From Octopus sinensis (Eukaryota): a stretch of DNA of 64,000 bases. The notes beneath the pieces are model-generated. The model saw only the letters and a list, made by a program, of their open reading frames with translations. It was not told the origin of the DNA and searched no databases. The translations under genes and the position numbers were made by a program. Below, piece after piece: positions 1 through 14,783 of the stretch. The DNA lies in assembly GCF_006345805.1 (NCBI RefSeq), contig NC_042999.1, positions 33,418,001 through 33,482,000 of the forward strand, given 5' to 3'. Each line of letters starts with the position of its first letter. The first letter of the stretch is position 1.

Positions 1-811
1 TATAAAATGCAAAAAACAATAATGGTAAAAACAGGACAAAAACAGCGGGTGTCTTACGACTAATAAACAGTACAATAAGTTTAGCTGACGTATTTTGAAA
101 AAATGCCTTTATCGGCAGACGAAGACAACAGATGTTCTCACGGCAGTGGTCGTATGCCAAAAAGCTGATTATGACCAGCGGCCACGTGACAGAAGAGAGA
201 GAAAAGAAAGGGGGCAAAGGAAACAAAGAGAGAGAAAAAGAGGGACGAAGGCAACAAGGGGGAGAAGAGAGAGAAAGAAGGAATTAAAGAGGGGAGAAGA
301 AAGAGTGCGTGCGAAGGAGGGCTAGTGTGTGCTAGGTGAGAAAGACAGAGAATTGTGAGAGAGTGGGGGGAAGAGGAGACCAAAGAATCGGAGGCAAGAA
401 AAGTGAAAAGGGGGAGAAGTAGAGAGAGAGAGAAGGGGACAGATAAAAGTAGAGTGCAAAGTGTGAAAGGCAGAGAAATGTAGGAGAGAGAGACAGTGTG
501 TAGAGTCGTACCAAATTTACAGGAATATGTACATACGTAAGTGCCAACGAGGGTACGGACGCCGCTATATATATTATATGTAGAAAAATACAAACTGGGA
601 CAATATATATATATATATATTTATTGTATTGCAAGATTTTTTATGTGAAATCGTGTGTTGAAACAGATATTGTTGTATTTAGGAATGGTTGTATTTATTG
701 GCTAAACGGGCAAAATCACCATTCTTACATACAACAATACAGACACACACACATATATATATGAATACACATATAAATATACTAGCACATACAGTCACAC
801 ACGCACCCCTC

Positions 812-871
<60 letters not shown>

Positions 872-2210
872 GGTGGTTGAACATAGCTGTCTTATCTATT
901 CTTTATATCCATCAATGTAATGTTTCATCAAATTTCGAAACAAAATTTTGATCTTACGGTTTTTTTCCTGTCTGGAATCAGATAAATCGGATGTGACTTA
1001 TCATTTGTGTAAGAAAAACACTTTGAAGCGAATACAATTAAGTTTAAAGAACATATTGTTGTATATGTGTGTGAATAATTTGTACTGCGAAAGTAAAATT
1101 TAAAAAAAATTATAGTATGCTATCTGAAATCAAATTATATAGTTTTCCCGATGGATTACTCTCACATTTTTGTAACAGCCGATCACGTATATACTCCGTT
1201 TTAGAATCTATAAAATAGTTCGCTGAGGTTAGAGCGCATTATTTTCGAACTGGCATTACTGTTTTGTCAGCGTTTCAAAGATAAACAGTCCCACAGTGAG
1301 ATTTCCGGATATTTATTATTGAGTAAATGAAATACTTACTTGAATATTTATCGTGCAGCATTAAGTCTGAAGCACAGCATGGTTTATAGACACAAACGGA
1401 AACTATAATATCTTACAGATTCTATGTTGTTCATTGTTTAAAAGACATATGGCTATAACTTGGCTGAACTAGTACGAAAGCCAATGATTTATAATTTCAC
1501 TTCTTACTAAACTATGAGAATTTCATAACAATCTCACCTCTACTCGTAAGTTTCGGAGTCTTTGATTAAATTTATTTCAGTAGTTACATTGCGAAGTCTC
1601 TAAATAAAATTTGATATCTACATCAACTACAGTTGTTTCAAACTTATCTATGATTGGAATTAGAACGTTAATATCGATGAGACATTTTACCATATTTTGC
1701 GACCAATGTGTAAATTCTTCAAGTGCTCAAACTACAAGAAAATAACACCCTCTTACAGTTCCTACACAATGGTGACGAGGTTTGGAAAATATATCAGTTC
1801 CTTACACACAATATCTATCTTGAATAGATTAAGTTTTCCTAAGAGTGCAATAATAGCATCGTTGTAAAGTAAAATAATTTTAGTTTTAACTTGTAGCCCT
1901 TTGTTCAGAAAATTTAACTTTTTAAATATATCTAAATGTTAGAATACAAAACACGTGGTACCTAAGATTACATCTGGAAGATGGTTACTATTCAGAAGAT
2001 TTTCAGTTCTGACTCAAAGCTGAATAATGCGATACAGAAAATTGCTATCGGATACACGAAATTTAAGTTTACAAATAATATTAATTTTATAAAAGACTTT
2101 CCAATATCAACGTGTTACTTAATTCATCAACGATAAATTTTGGAAGTGTCAAATGAATAATTTATCTCTCGTAGTTATAGAAAATGCATTGTGCGCATAT
2201 ATATATATAT

Positions 2211-3080
2211 AACCCGATGTTGACAAAACCCTTACCCATTAATGGTTAGAGCTTTCTGGCTTAAAATCAGAAACAGAAGTGTTTATCATAGCAGCTTAAG
2301 ACCAATGCCTACCTACAGGGAACTACCAGGCCAACATATTAGAGAACGGCAGTAGCACAACATGTTTCGTATGTAAACAACAAAATAAGACCGTCAATCA
2401 TGTTGTCTCGATGTGCAGTCTTTTTGCGCCTACAGAATATCTCAACAGGCATGCTAGAACAGTACAGTATATCCGATTGGTGATTTGAGAACTCTTGGAC
2501 TTACCCCATAATAAAATCTTTTGAGAATATAAAAAAACACCTTCAGTGCTTGAAAATGACCACATCTCACTCATCCGGAACTTAACCATTCCAGTTGACA
2601 GATAGATAGATGCGAATAGGCTAGACATTATATTGAGGAATTCAGAAAAAATCCATGCCTCCTTATTAATATGACTGTCCCAATGAACATAAATGTATGT
2701 GTCAAGGCTTCCCAAAAAACTGAGCAAATGTAATGATCTTGAAATAGAAATTGGCAAAATGTGGAACCTCAAGACTAAATCAATACCTGTTGTCATAGGT
2801 GTCCTAGGAATGATAGCAAAAGTGGCTGATTCCTCCCTAGCTCAGATACTAGGAAATCAAAAAATACCAGAATTTCAAAAGATAGAGCGCTGGGAACTGC
2901 CTATATCCTACGTAAAATTTTAAAACATAGTTATAACTTTCTTCAACATTCTCTAGAACAATACTTTGTGCAAAACAGAATACATTGCACCCTAGTCATA
3001 TCATCAAATTGAACTTCTTGTTGTCTATTGAGGCCTCTGGATGAAACTTGATTGAACTTGTACAAAGACAACGCAAAAAT
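2211..3080 (+). mobile_element. 5'-truncated, decayed R4/Dong-clade non-LTR retrotransposon (zinc-knuckle/REL region plus 3' UTR)
   Basis: Translates with stops/frameshifts to W-L-x-L-S-G-L-K-S-E-T-E, NYQANI, and ORF 2693-2923 (DLEIEIGKMWNLKTKSIPVVIGVLGMI), colinear with the C-terminus of ORF 37672-40311. Confidence 0.85.
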
Positions 3081-3091
3081 CAATCATATGA

Positions 3092-3246
3092 TGGGTACGT
3101 ACCGTATATGGTTCCTAAATAGGGGAACCCCCGAATTTCAAGGAGGTTCTGATAGGGAAGGTGTTCTGTTCATCTTCCCTATCAACAATAAATCAATAAT
3201 AGAAAGAATGAGAAAAAGAATCAGAACATTTTTCAAAACCTTTAAC

Positions 3247-3247
<1 letters not shown>
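3092..3247 (+). mobile_element. Penelope-like RT fragment, same family as 8340-9700
   Basis: Aligns directly with 8738-8894 (tgggtacgtac...aacctttaact). Confidence 0.8.
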
Positions 3248-3248
<1 letters not shown>

Positions 3249-3277
<29 letters not shown>

Positions 3278-3440
3278 TTATGGTGATGGTGATGGCTTTG
3301 CTGGTGGTTTTGGTGGTGGTGGTGGTGGTGTTCGTGGTGGTGACGGTGATGTTGATGGTGATGGTGATGATGATAATGATGATGATGATGATTATGGTGA
3401 TGATGATGTAGATGATGATGACTATGATAATAATAATGGA
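3249..3440. repeat. Compound (GAT)n/(GGT)n microsatellite
   Basis: Direct reading; source of the poly-M/V/H ORFs. Confidence 0.95.
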
Positions 3441-3469
3441 CAATATATACGTCGAAGTCGAAATGCTGA

Positions 3470-3640
3470 TGTAGATTAATCAACAAATCATGAGTGGCTT
3501 AGAAGTTCAGGACTGGAAGCAGTGACTGAAGGTTTAACATCGGCGGCACAGAGACAAAGCTTGCTCACAAAAAAACTTCCAGGCTAACGCTCTTCAAAAC
3601 GGTTCTGAACCTAAATGCAGATTCTGCAACACGTTTGAGA
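3470..3640 (+). mobile_element. Short R4/Dong fragment
   Basis: HEWLRSSGLEAVTEG...KCRFCNTF matches HQWLRSSELKAESEG...KCRFCN of the long copy. Confidence 0.8.
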
Positions 3641-4012
3641 ATCCGAAATCGCCTGGATTCCATGGTTGAAACCAATGGTAATTTTTTAATGAATTTCCTC
3701 TTTAATATTTCAAGATGTTTTTATGAAATTTTGATAAATATATCTATTAAGATGAGATATCAGTGTTATTTTCATATTTGCGTACTTTAGACGATAATTT
3801 ATTCACCGCAACCTGTGTGTGTGTGTATGTCTGTGTATGTATGTGTGTGTGTGTGTGTGAGTGTGTGCGTAATGTGTGTGTACATACATACATTTACACG
3901 CACACACGCATGTGTATGTATATGAATACAATTACAAATATATATATTTTTACGTATATATGTACACTTATACATATTTGGTAGTAGCAGTGTCAGGCAG
4001 TTATTATGCATA

Positions 4013-4213
4013 AACAAACTTTTGGTTAGTTAAAATATGTTTGTGACAGATTTCAACTTCTAAAGTGAAATTTACTAGTTACCGTGACGAAAGTTGTTTT
4101 TCCACTTTTTACCATAAGAGAAAAACTTTTTTTTTCCCACAGTAACTGCAGTGAATTTGTCTTTAGAAGTTGAAATATGTCATAAACATATTTTAACTAA
4201 CCAAAAGTTCACT
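4013..4213. mobile_element. MITE-like foldback element
   Basis: 48-bp inverted arms 4017-4064 and 4162-4209 with 2 mismatches, weaker pairing further inward, TA at symmetric positions 4011-12 and 4214-15. Confidence 0.7.
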
Positions 4214-4961
4214 TATAAATACTTGTGTGTCTGTGTGTGTCCGTGTGTGCAGGCGTGGGTGTCTTTGTGCGTGGTGCGTCTTTGTGGGTGGGTGTTTGTG
4301 TGTGTGTGTGTATACGGGCGCGTGTGTAGATATATTTGACGAGAGAATTTCTGAAAACACGTCACTGTTTTATAATAAGAAATCTTTAGAAAACAGAATG
4401 ACATGAAACTTTCATAGTAACGAGAGCTTCATTGCAAAAAGGCTCCTTTGTGTGGGATTCTTAAAGATTTTATATAATATAATTATATCATTCTTTTACT
4501 TGTTTCAGTAATTTTGACTGCGGCCATGCTGGAACCCCGCATATTTAAGGAATTCTTTCCTCAAATAATGTGACATTATGAATTATATATATTTTAAGTC
4601 ATGCCTTAATATAATACTTTAAAATAATACATTTAATTAACATTTCTTAATAACTTTTTTTATATTATTATTAAAGAAAGTAACTTTCTAGGGTGAAACA
4701 ATTCCTTACGAATTCAATATTGTTTGCTCTATTGCAGTTAGGCTGCAACCATACAGGTACAGTAGTTTCCACCAAACGTACCGAGTGACCTTTTCGTCAC
4801 AAATTAAGAATCTTGATTTGAGTCATTAGTAGTTTGATTTAAATAAATGCCTTGTAAGTATGAGGCTCATCGAATTTCACCCAAATTCAGAAAAAAAAAA
4901 TTGATTCAAATTTTATTTTCCAGTTAATATATGTTTAATCTCGTGTGAGTGCTAGTATATA

Positions 4962-5170
4962 CATGGTGTCTCAGAAGTCGCGCTCCATTCTGGTTTTCAT
5001 TTAAAATAATTAAAGCATTTTATTTTATATTTTCTTGACATGTTTTATTGTAGAGGGTGCTGAATTTGAGCGTTTGTTACAATTAATTTCAATAAAGTGT
5101 TTTTGAAATCACTAAGGGTGTATTCTTTAAAAAAAAAAACAGGATGATGCGGAACTTCTGGGACACCCTG
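4962..5170. mobile_element. Tc1/mariner-type MITE
   Basis: TA|CATGGTGTCTCAGAAGT ... ACTTCTGGGACACCCTG|TA: imperfect TIRs of CAGGGTGTCC type with TA on both sides. Confidence 0.8.
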
Positions 5171-6129
5171 TATATAGACATATGCTTATACGTGCGTATA
5201 AGGGGATATATATTGTGTAATGCATCTACACAGGTGCGCACAAAACAAACACGTGGTCTCTCAAATTCATTGTTTTTAAGAAATACTAAAGAAAAGTATT
5301 AGTCAAACATCTACTTTAAAGATCTGAGAGAAGAATCTTCTAAGTTTTGTTGTTTATATGGCCAGAGACTACGAATGAAGTTTAACACACAGATGTAAAC
5401 AAAAACATATAATTGAATTACAATAATTGTACACGCATTTCATAGCAATAACATAATTTATCAAAATATTAACTTTACATATTCTTTCTTACAATACCAG
5501 TAAATCAGAAATGTAATTATAGAAAGTAAAATGATTTGATAGATATTTGTAGCTGTTTAAAGATTATGAAATGATGGTGGTAGGTAGATTCACAAACATA
5601 TGCTTTAAATTCATCCTAACGTTTTCCGCAAGAATGTGCTATTGAATACATATGTTAAACAGTTACTAAGATTCGTATATGAAAAGCGAAATCAGATAAC
5701 GTAACTAGGCATTATAGAAACACATATAAGCTCTAGATTACAAAGAAGTACATCTACAGTTTCACTTTTTCAGATAAGCTTATCTGTCCTTGTATTTCCA
5801 GTATTAGGAAAGTATACGTACAATGTTCATTCGTATTTTCCATCTTATCTTAATTCTTTGTCGCACAAGCTGCAATTTTAATACTGTTAAACGTTTTTAT
5901 TTTTCTGTATCATTCTTTCATTTGTACAAAACTTTACAAATTTTATATTTTTTCGAATTTTAATCACTTCAATTATAGGCAAATATATAATATATTTTCT
6001 CATAATAATCACTACTTTCTAGCAGTTATTTAATACACTATCATTATTTGTGAAAGTTTCCTCAATGGGTTATATTTTCATATAAATATACGCTTTATTT
6101 TTTTAGTGTCTAATAATCGCTTGAAAACC

Positions 6130-6275
6130 AATCTTGGCCTGTTTACGTCCTCCTAATCTAGTAGTTTGAAAACCGAGACTGATAGAAGAAGTAATGAGCT
6201 TACAAATAATATGTCGATTTGTTCGACGAAGAGCGATGCTCCCGGAGGGCTGCAATCAAATGACTTAAACAAAAG
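6130..6275 (+). mobile_element. SINE family C, 3' fragment
   Basis: gtttacgtcc...tcgatttgttcgac...caatcaaatgact matches the tail of the copies at 23512-23882 and 25956-26310. Confidence 0.6.
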
Positions 6276-6297
6276 ATATATATACGTATATTAATAC

Positions 6298-7087
<790 letters not shown>

Positions 7088-7090
7088 AGA

Positions 7091-7136
<46 letters not shown>

Positions 7137-7498
7137 TATTTACTGAAGCCTCTGGACTTACATAAATCAAGATTTTTCAAAGTCTGGTAGTGGTGGGATA
7201 TTCTTTTTTTAATTTCATTGCCTGTTGATCCAAAATAAACATTCTTTATAATTTCATTGTTATTATTAAGGTTGTTGAGGCTTACTATACATTTATAAAT
7301 TACATTATCAATATTACAATTATTAGAGAGATTACATTTAGTCTTATCACGGCGTGAACATTTTCCTATATATTGATTACGGCTACTATCACTATCGGTT
7401 GTATTATTGCTACTTATTAAATTTCTTATTATTTATAGAGGAAATGATATTACCTACATTACTCGATGTTGAGTATCCCACTCTCATATATAAATATA

Positions 7499-7562
<64 letters not shown>

Positions 7563-7695
7563 CAACAATTGAGGGTAAAATTAATTAATTATTAATCAAT
7601 TTCACCAAGTATAAAAAAGTTTTTTTTAGCTACTATTTCTAATGAGTTCAGTATGCGGCAAAGTAATTTATTTTACTAAGCCCTTTTATATAATT

Positions 7696-7753
<58 letters not shown>

Positions 7754-7771
7754 TTACATGTATATACAGAA

Positions 7772-7803
<32 letters not shown>

Positions 7804-7961
7804 ACAATAATATACATTTATATACATATATAACTGTATATACCTGTACATAATCATATACATACTCAATCCAAACATGAACAAGCAAGAAAAAACATCA
7901 ACGCAAGGAATAGAATAATTACAGTGTTATTGGACGCTCAGGAAAGGAAAGCAAAGAAAAA

Positions 7962-8000
7962 GAATTTCAAGTTTCTAGCGGAGCTCTTCATCAGAAATAT
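7962..8000 (-). ncRNA. Degenerate hammerhead-like motif in a probable Penelope pLTR fragment
   Basis: Minus strand reads CTGATGA-ag-AGC-tcc-GCT-a-GAAA-c; stems I and III decayed; flanks resemble 44380-44480. Confidence 0.4.
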
Positions 8001-8339
8001 AGAAAAAAGTCCAAAGGAGGGAAGACAGAGAAAGAAATCTTCAACAATACAGACGCGGTCACATATTGAAGTGAGCGGAAGGGAATGGGTGAAGAAAAAG
8101 TCCTTTCAAAGACAGGAGAGTGCAATAGAAGGAGACATGTGTGTGTATTTGTATGTATGTGCGTGTGTAATTTGTTTGTGAGCGCATGTGTGTGTGCGTG
8201 TGTAGGTGTGTTTGTGCATGAGTGTGTGAACGAGGGTTTATGTAGGGGTATAGGTGCGTATTTATGCGCGTCTATGCCCGTGTGCTTGAGTATGTATGTG
8301 TATGTGGCTGTGTGTACGGTTGTACGTTTATGTGTTTGT

Positions 8340-9697
8340 GTAAGGCTACTTTGCCCAACTAAGTCGGACATTGGTCGGCTTAGCAAGTCGATTCTGGACA
8401 ATATTCTACCCCTTATAATTCCCAAGCTAAGTCTAAAATTACAGATTGATACGTTTGAGGTAATACATTGTTACAAATCAATTGATAACATAAGTAATTA
8501 TTCTTGTATCCAATTTAGCATTAATATCTATTATTCCAGTATATCTCCTATTCATCTCAACAAGTCTCTTATTCTTGCAAACAACTTCTCTTATAACTAG
8601 GGATAAGATTGTCATTATACATTTAGGTGGAAGAACTATTATAGAATTTTAGGGTAATCTTTGGCCTAGGGCTGACACCCCTAAAGACTTTGATATAGCT
8701 ATGAGCTCGGGCGACTCAGCTGAGATCACAAATCTAGTGGGTACGTACATTTTATGATTCCTAAATAGGGGGAGCCCCGAATTACCAGGAGGTTCATGTA
8801 AGGAAGATGCTCTGGTCATCTTCCCTAGCAATGATAAATCAATAATAGAAAGAATGAGAAAAAGAATCAGAAAAATTTTTCAAAACCTTTAACTCAACTA
8901 TTACGTATGAATATGGCACAAAAGTAGTAAATTTTTTGGATAATAATTTAATCATTAACTCTAAATTATACTACACTTGTAGGAAAGAAGGTGAGGTTAC
9001 AAGATATGTGGACGAATTATCACATCACCCCCCACCAATGTATCAAAATCGGTAGTTAAATGTATTTCTAGGAGAATTACTAAATTATCATCAAACATTG
9101 ATATTTTGAATTCCCATTCATACCACTATACATACCAATATTGCTTTGTCTAAGGCAGTATATGAACAGGAAATTACTTTTCTTAGTTCTGTGTGTACTT
9201 TTGATGGAGGAAAACATGATAGTTTGAGTAATAGAAAGTCTACTAATTTACATAGATGTGAAAAAATACCAAATGATAAAGCATCCTGCAAAACTTGCAG
9301 ACAGGGTACTAAAACGAGTAGGAAGATCAGGTTAGATAAAAAAGGTGATAATGTTAAAGAAATGGATACTCCGTATAAGGAATCTACTAAATATATATAC
9401 AAAATAATTAATCATGGCACGATTCTAAGGTGCAGAGTTAGTACATATCTATCCCGCCTTTAATTACACCATAAATATAAAGGTAAGAATTTCGTCTGCT
9501 TCAATATCCCATACAGCTAGACATTATCCACAAACACATACAGAAAACGTATGGCTATTATAGAAAAGAACTTCCCAACTTCCCATAGATATAATAGAAT
9601 CTTTTCACTTAAGGCAGAATCTCATACTCTACTCTTCCCAATATGGGTACCATCATAGCTAGATTAAATACGAAGAATATAAAATTCGCCAGAATTA

Positions 9698-9700
<3 letters not shown>
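8340..9700 (+). mobile_element. Decayed Penelope-like element (RT plus linker; tentatively Naiad-like)
   Basis: PTKSDIGRLSKSILD, IQFSINIYYSSIS (motif A), FDIAMSSGDSAEITNLVG (motif B), VVNFLD, SHHPP, CFNIPYS, PNMGTII; ends at an (ATT)n run. Confidence 0.8.
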
Positions 9701-9790
<90 letters not shown>

Positions 9791-9847
9791 GTGTTGTTGT
9801 TATTATCATTAACAACAACAACAACAACAATAATAATATTAATAATG

Positions 9848-9878
<31 letters not shown>

Positions 9879-9912
9879 TGATGATGATGATGATGATGAT
9901 AATAATAATAAT
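9699..9912. repeat. Compound (ATT)n-(AAC)n-(AAT)n-(GAT)n microsatellite with an internal strand flip
   Basis: Direct reading. Confidence 0.95.
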
Positions 9913-10969
9913 CAACGAGATTATTTATGCCTCGTTGATACTAAGAAATCTAATTCCACCTGAAAGTTTTATCACTTAAAGCATTTAAATGCTTTAAAAA
10001 TGGTAGTTAGTGGGTGAAATATCAGGATAATATGGAGGATGTGGTAAAGTCTCGTATCCCAAGTTTGTTAGTTTCTGCAGCGTCATTCTTGCAATATGTG
10101 TCTTTGCATTATCTTGTAGCAGAATTGGGCCATACCGATTCACCAATGCAGGTATCATTGTTTGCAAGTGACCATGTATTTCAACGGGTTGATTGCAGTA
10201 AACCTCCAATCGGCTTCCAGAATGCTGTCATGGACAACACTAATTGTAGACCACCAGACACTCACCGTAATGTTTTGCTGATGCAACTTTGGCTTTGAGA
10301 AAAGTATGAGGGACTCCTCACGATCAAGCCATTGACCTCATCATTTACGGTTATCATAAAGGATAACTATTCGGTCAAGAAAATTAATGCGTGTTACCCA
10401 GAAAGAGCATAGGGTAAACCTCGAAACCCCGAGCTTTTTGATTTTCATTGAGCTCATTTGGTACCCATTTACCGAGATTTTTCCCCTTCCCGATCTTCTT
10501 CAGATTGCGTGAGACCGTTGCAATACCGACACCAAGTGCCTGAAACATTTCTCTGAAAATTTAACGTGGGTTTTGTTCAACAATTGCTTTCAATCATTCA
10601 TTGTCAAGACTACGTGACTGTCCTCTACCTTCTTCATCTTCAAGGCTCTCATCACCACTATGAAATTCCGCAAACCACTTCCGTACTGTGCGATCCCTTG
10701 TAGAACCCTTTCCCTATCCCTTGTTGATATTGGCAGAAGTTTGGTTGGCATTGTGGCCGAGCAAGAAAAGTAAGCGAAAATCCTGTTTTGTCATGTTTAT
10801 AATTAAGAGTTCCTATGCTTCAAGAATGTTTTGTGTCAGAAATAAGCAGAAAATTATAAAAGAGCATATATTAGTTATTAAGTATGTCAAAATATAATAA
10901 AAATACTATGATAAGACTGTGTTTCAAAACGCAACACTTAGAGCGGCCATTATGTTCGGAATAACCGAA
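9912..10969 (-). mobile_element. Decayed mariner (DD34D-type) element with 5' TIR; 3' end lost in the microsatellite
   Basis: ATG at 10794 (MTKQDFRLL..LGHNA..RTVRKWF..SLEDEEGRG); LQDNAKTH...PHPPYYPDISPTNY with 34-residue spacing and third D changed to N; GINNLV at 9915; TA-TTCGGTTATTCCGAACATAATGGCCG end at 10944-10971. Confidence 0.88.
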
Positions 10970-12268
10970 TAGATGAAATATCACTATCAGATTCATTCCA
11001 TGTGTATAAATTGCAAACGATTTTTCTTCGGGGCTTTACACATATTAATTAAAATTGTTTTAACAATTGCATTCATACCACCTTCTTTGTTTTTCCCAGC
11101 ACTCTAACAAGAAAATCCATTTCTCTTCTCATAATCATCTTAATTGTAATATCAGAATTGCTATGATCTTCACTAGAGCTGTCAGTTATGTTTATGTAAA
11201 TTATTAATGATGTCAATTAAACGATATTTTCGATCGCACCAATAATTCAGTTAAAAAAAATTAACTAAACTGTTTTGCTTCCGTCACATATGCTTTAGGA
11301 AATTTAAATCAATTTTATTCTAATATAGTATTTGAGAAACTAAGCTTTCATACCAAACAGAAACTAAGAGAATTTCAAACAGTTAATCGCTATATATTGT
11401 ACTATAAAATGTATTTTAAGTTTAAATCCAAAGGCAATTTGTTTTTAGAAAAGGTAGTATAAAACAAATTTCCCTCATCCTTTATTTTCTATGTCCATTT
11501 TTTAAACTTAGACTTCAATAGAAAGGAAACTCACTCCATAATTTTGTGATTATATATTCTAATTATTCGCCTTATGTAAATATGCAATACTGTATTATGG
11601 TTTGAGGGAGAAAATAAACATTTCATTTTTATTCTATGCTGTAAAACAATAAATGTCATATTGCTTTCAAAATTGAGGGCAGAAACAGAATTTAAATATG
11701 TCGGTAACCAGCATTTTTAGTTACATATCAAACAGTATTAATTTCGATATGAAATGGTTGAATGCAGTCCAAAACCATGTAGTAAATAAAGTGCTCATAT
11801 ATGCACCCATATATAAAAAATATCATTCAAATCCAATGCTGATGGGTGGTAAAAGCTGAATATCTAAAACAAATATTAAATTTATAGTGATGTATAAAGA
11901 ATCCTGAGATATAAACAATTTCCTACATTTAGAATTTTACGATGTTATGCGTCCACTAACGAATGTAATACATTCGTGGAACAAAACCAATGTAAAGATA
12001 TATCTAAATTCTGTAACAATATTCACGTACATTTTATGTGAATAGACAAACACGGACACAAACACTCATACACACTCATACACATACACAGACATAATGG
12101 CCGGTGTCCATTGGGCTCTGACGTGACGTATGTAAAACCAAATGCTTTATGGAAGGGAAACCCTGAGTAATGAGATGAACCGGACATAACTATCTTTATC
12201 TAAATATTTTAATGCTCTATAATTTAGAGTGTGCTACTTTTTCGATATATGATATATGATTTACTGAT

Positions 12269-12320
<52 letters not shown>

Positions 12321-12841
12321 TATCTTTTAGTGCCTTATTATTTAATACACTTACCAGTTACGCTTCCACTCATTTATATTGTTTTCCAGAAAATTTCCTT
12401 GAGCTTTGCAGCTTTTTCAATATTCCTTGACTCTGAATGTTGTCCGAGCTGCGATCTTTTTGTTTGTTTGTGAGTATGTGTGTGGGTCAGTTTGTGTGGT
12501 TGTGTATGTGTGTTTTATGTGTGTGTATTTGCATGTGTGTATGTGTGTACCTGTGTATTCTGGTGTGTACAGGAGTGACAGTGTGTATACGTGTGTGATT
12601 TTGTGATTATGTACTGTGCCTGTATATATGGATGTGTGTCTCCATATGTAAGTATGTATATCTCCATATCTATACTTGTGTGAAGTGAAGTGTATATATA
12701 TATATACATATGGTCATGTGTTGTGTATTTGTGCTTGTCTGTTCGTATCACTTATGTACCTATCTGTCTGTGTGTCTATCTGTTTACATTCATATTGATT
12801 TGCCTACATACATGTGCATATGCATATAGGTATACATACAT

Positions 12842-12897
<56 letters not shown>

Positions 12898-12943
12898 GCA
12901 TACATCTACATAACAGCCTACTATTCTACCAAATCCAAGAACG

Positions 12944-13003
<60 letters not shown>

Positions 13004-13041
13004 TTATGTATACGTATTTATATATATAAATGTATATATGC

Positions 13042-13121
<80 letters not shown>

Positions 13122-13581
13122 TATATACGTATATTTGTACATATTTCTATGAATATATGTGTTTGTATATATGTATGTCTGCGCGTATTTCTTTATACAC
13201 TAACGTTCTGCCTACAAAATACTCCTGTCAGGCTTCGAGACCCTTAATGATATATAACTTGTTATTCAGTAGGATTGAAAACGAGAACTCATAATTATTT
13301 CTACTTCGAAATAAACGCTGATACACAGATATCAAAAGTTATGTATATATTCACATAGAGAGGCATATGTATCTATATGTATCATCATCACCATCATCAT
13401 GAACTTTCTACGCCCGGAAAAATCATGATTTTGTGAAGATACGGGAAGCCTCACAAACTCAACTATATTAATATAATTATACTCCAAAAGATGTGTGCGT
13501 TGAATATTTATCTTCAGTCTATTGGGGAATACACACGGAGACATACACAAAGAGTAACACTGACACTAGCTAGCCCCCTCT

Positions 13582-13620
<39 letters not shown>

Positions 13621-14108
13621 TTTTATACTTATAAATGTCAAACGAAATCATTACCTATCTATGTGTGGTTATATTTGTGTATGTATGTATGTATGTATGC
13701 CTTCTGATTTAAATTATTACAATAATTGAAACAAATTGAAGACAATCTAATTAAAGCTTTCTAAAGTAGGTACAATTCAAATCTAATAAATGTCCACGAG
13801 GTTTCTAAGCCACAAGAGGATATATATATGTTTTCCTTATTAATTTCAAATATCAAATTAGGAGTTATATGAAAAACAAGCGTATGTTATTACTTCTAAA
13901 TCGATAAGTAAGTGTCAATGTATATTACGTCGGGAGAGATTGATCTCGTACAGGCTTCAAAGAGAATGACTTTCATGTATCTTAGTATCTCCTTCGAATA
14001 CAGTTTTCAAATCTAGCCAGCCCGAATACAATTAACACTTTCACCTTCCACGCAAAAAATTAGATAGCAATTTCATTTCCTTCGTAAATTGAAATTGATA
14101 GGATTATG

Positions 14109-14143
<35 letters not shown>

Positions 14144-14177
14144 ATGTATGTATATATGTGTATGTATATATATATAT

Positions 14178-14783
14178 GAGAGGTATGACCACCATGTGGA
14201 CAACCCTTATGCTAGATGTAGCTCCGCTACGGTCTTACCACTAAGGTATGTTCTCAAGAAAAATTTAGCAAACACCAAAACGTAAGCGACCAAGACAAAT
14301 GAAAAGTACAAATACAGATTATTCACATACAGATTTCACTATTTACAGTTTGCGTAACTTTATTTACGCAATGGTCCGTAGATCCTCAGTGTGACCGTCT
14401 GTACAAATATAACCTGCCGAACTATATACTAGGACGTCTGTACGAGGTCAGATCTGTATATAGTTCTACCTATTACACTTGCGGTTATTTTTCAAAAGTC
14501 CTCGTTTTGGCCCGCTAAAATTACCGGAAAATAATACTACAGAAAATAATTGACTACAGTAGATTTTGCTGGTTAGAGAACGTATTAATTTAAATTCAAA
14601 TTTAAAAGGAGGGTAAGAAACTGGATATTAATGTAATTAACATCGATTTAGCACCAGCGGTCTAGCACATTAATATCTGAAATTTCAGTAAATTGTATTA
14701 TATACATATGAGGGGCATGACCACTATGTGGACAACCCTTATGCTAGAAGTAGATCCGCTATATTCTTACCACTAAGGAATGT
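14178..14783 (+). repeat. Pair of 74-bp direct repeats (14178-14251 and 14710-14783)
   Basis: 9 mismatches in 74 bp by manual alignment; each begins right after a TA-rich run. Confidence 0.85.

Noticed and set aside
85-130. Minus-strand hammerhead-like CCGATAAAGGC...AATACGTC
   Set aside because: Both core halves and stem II are disrupted.
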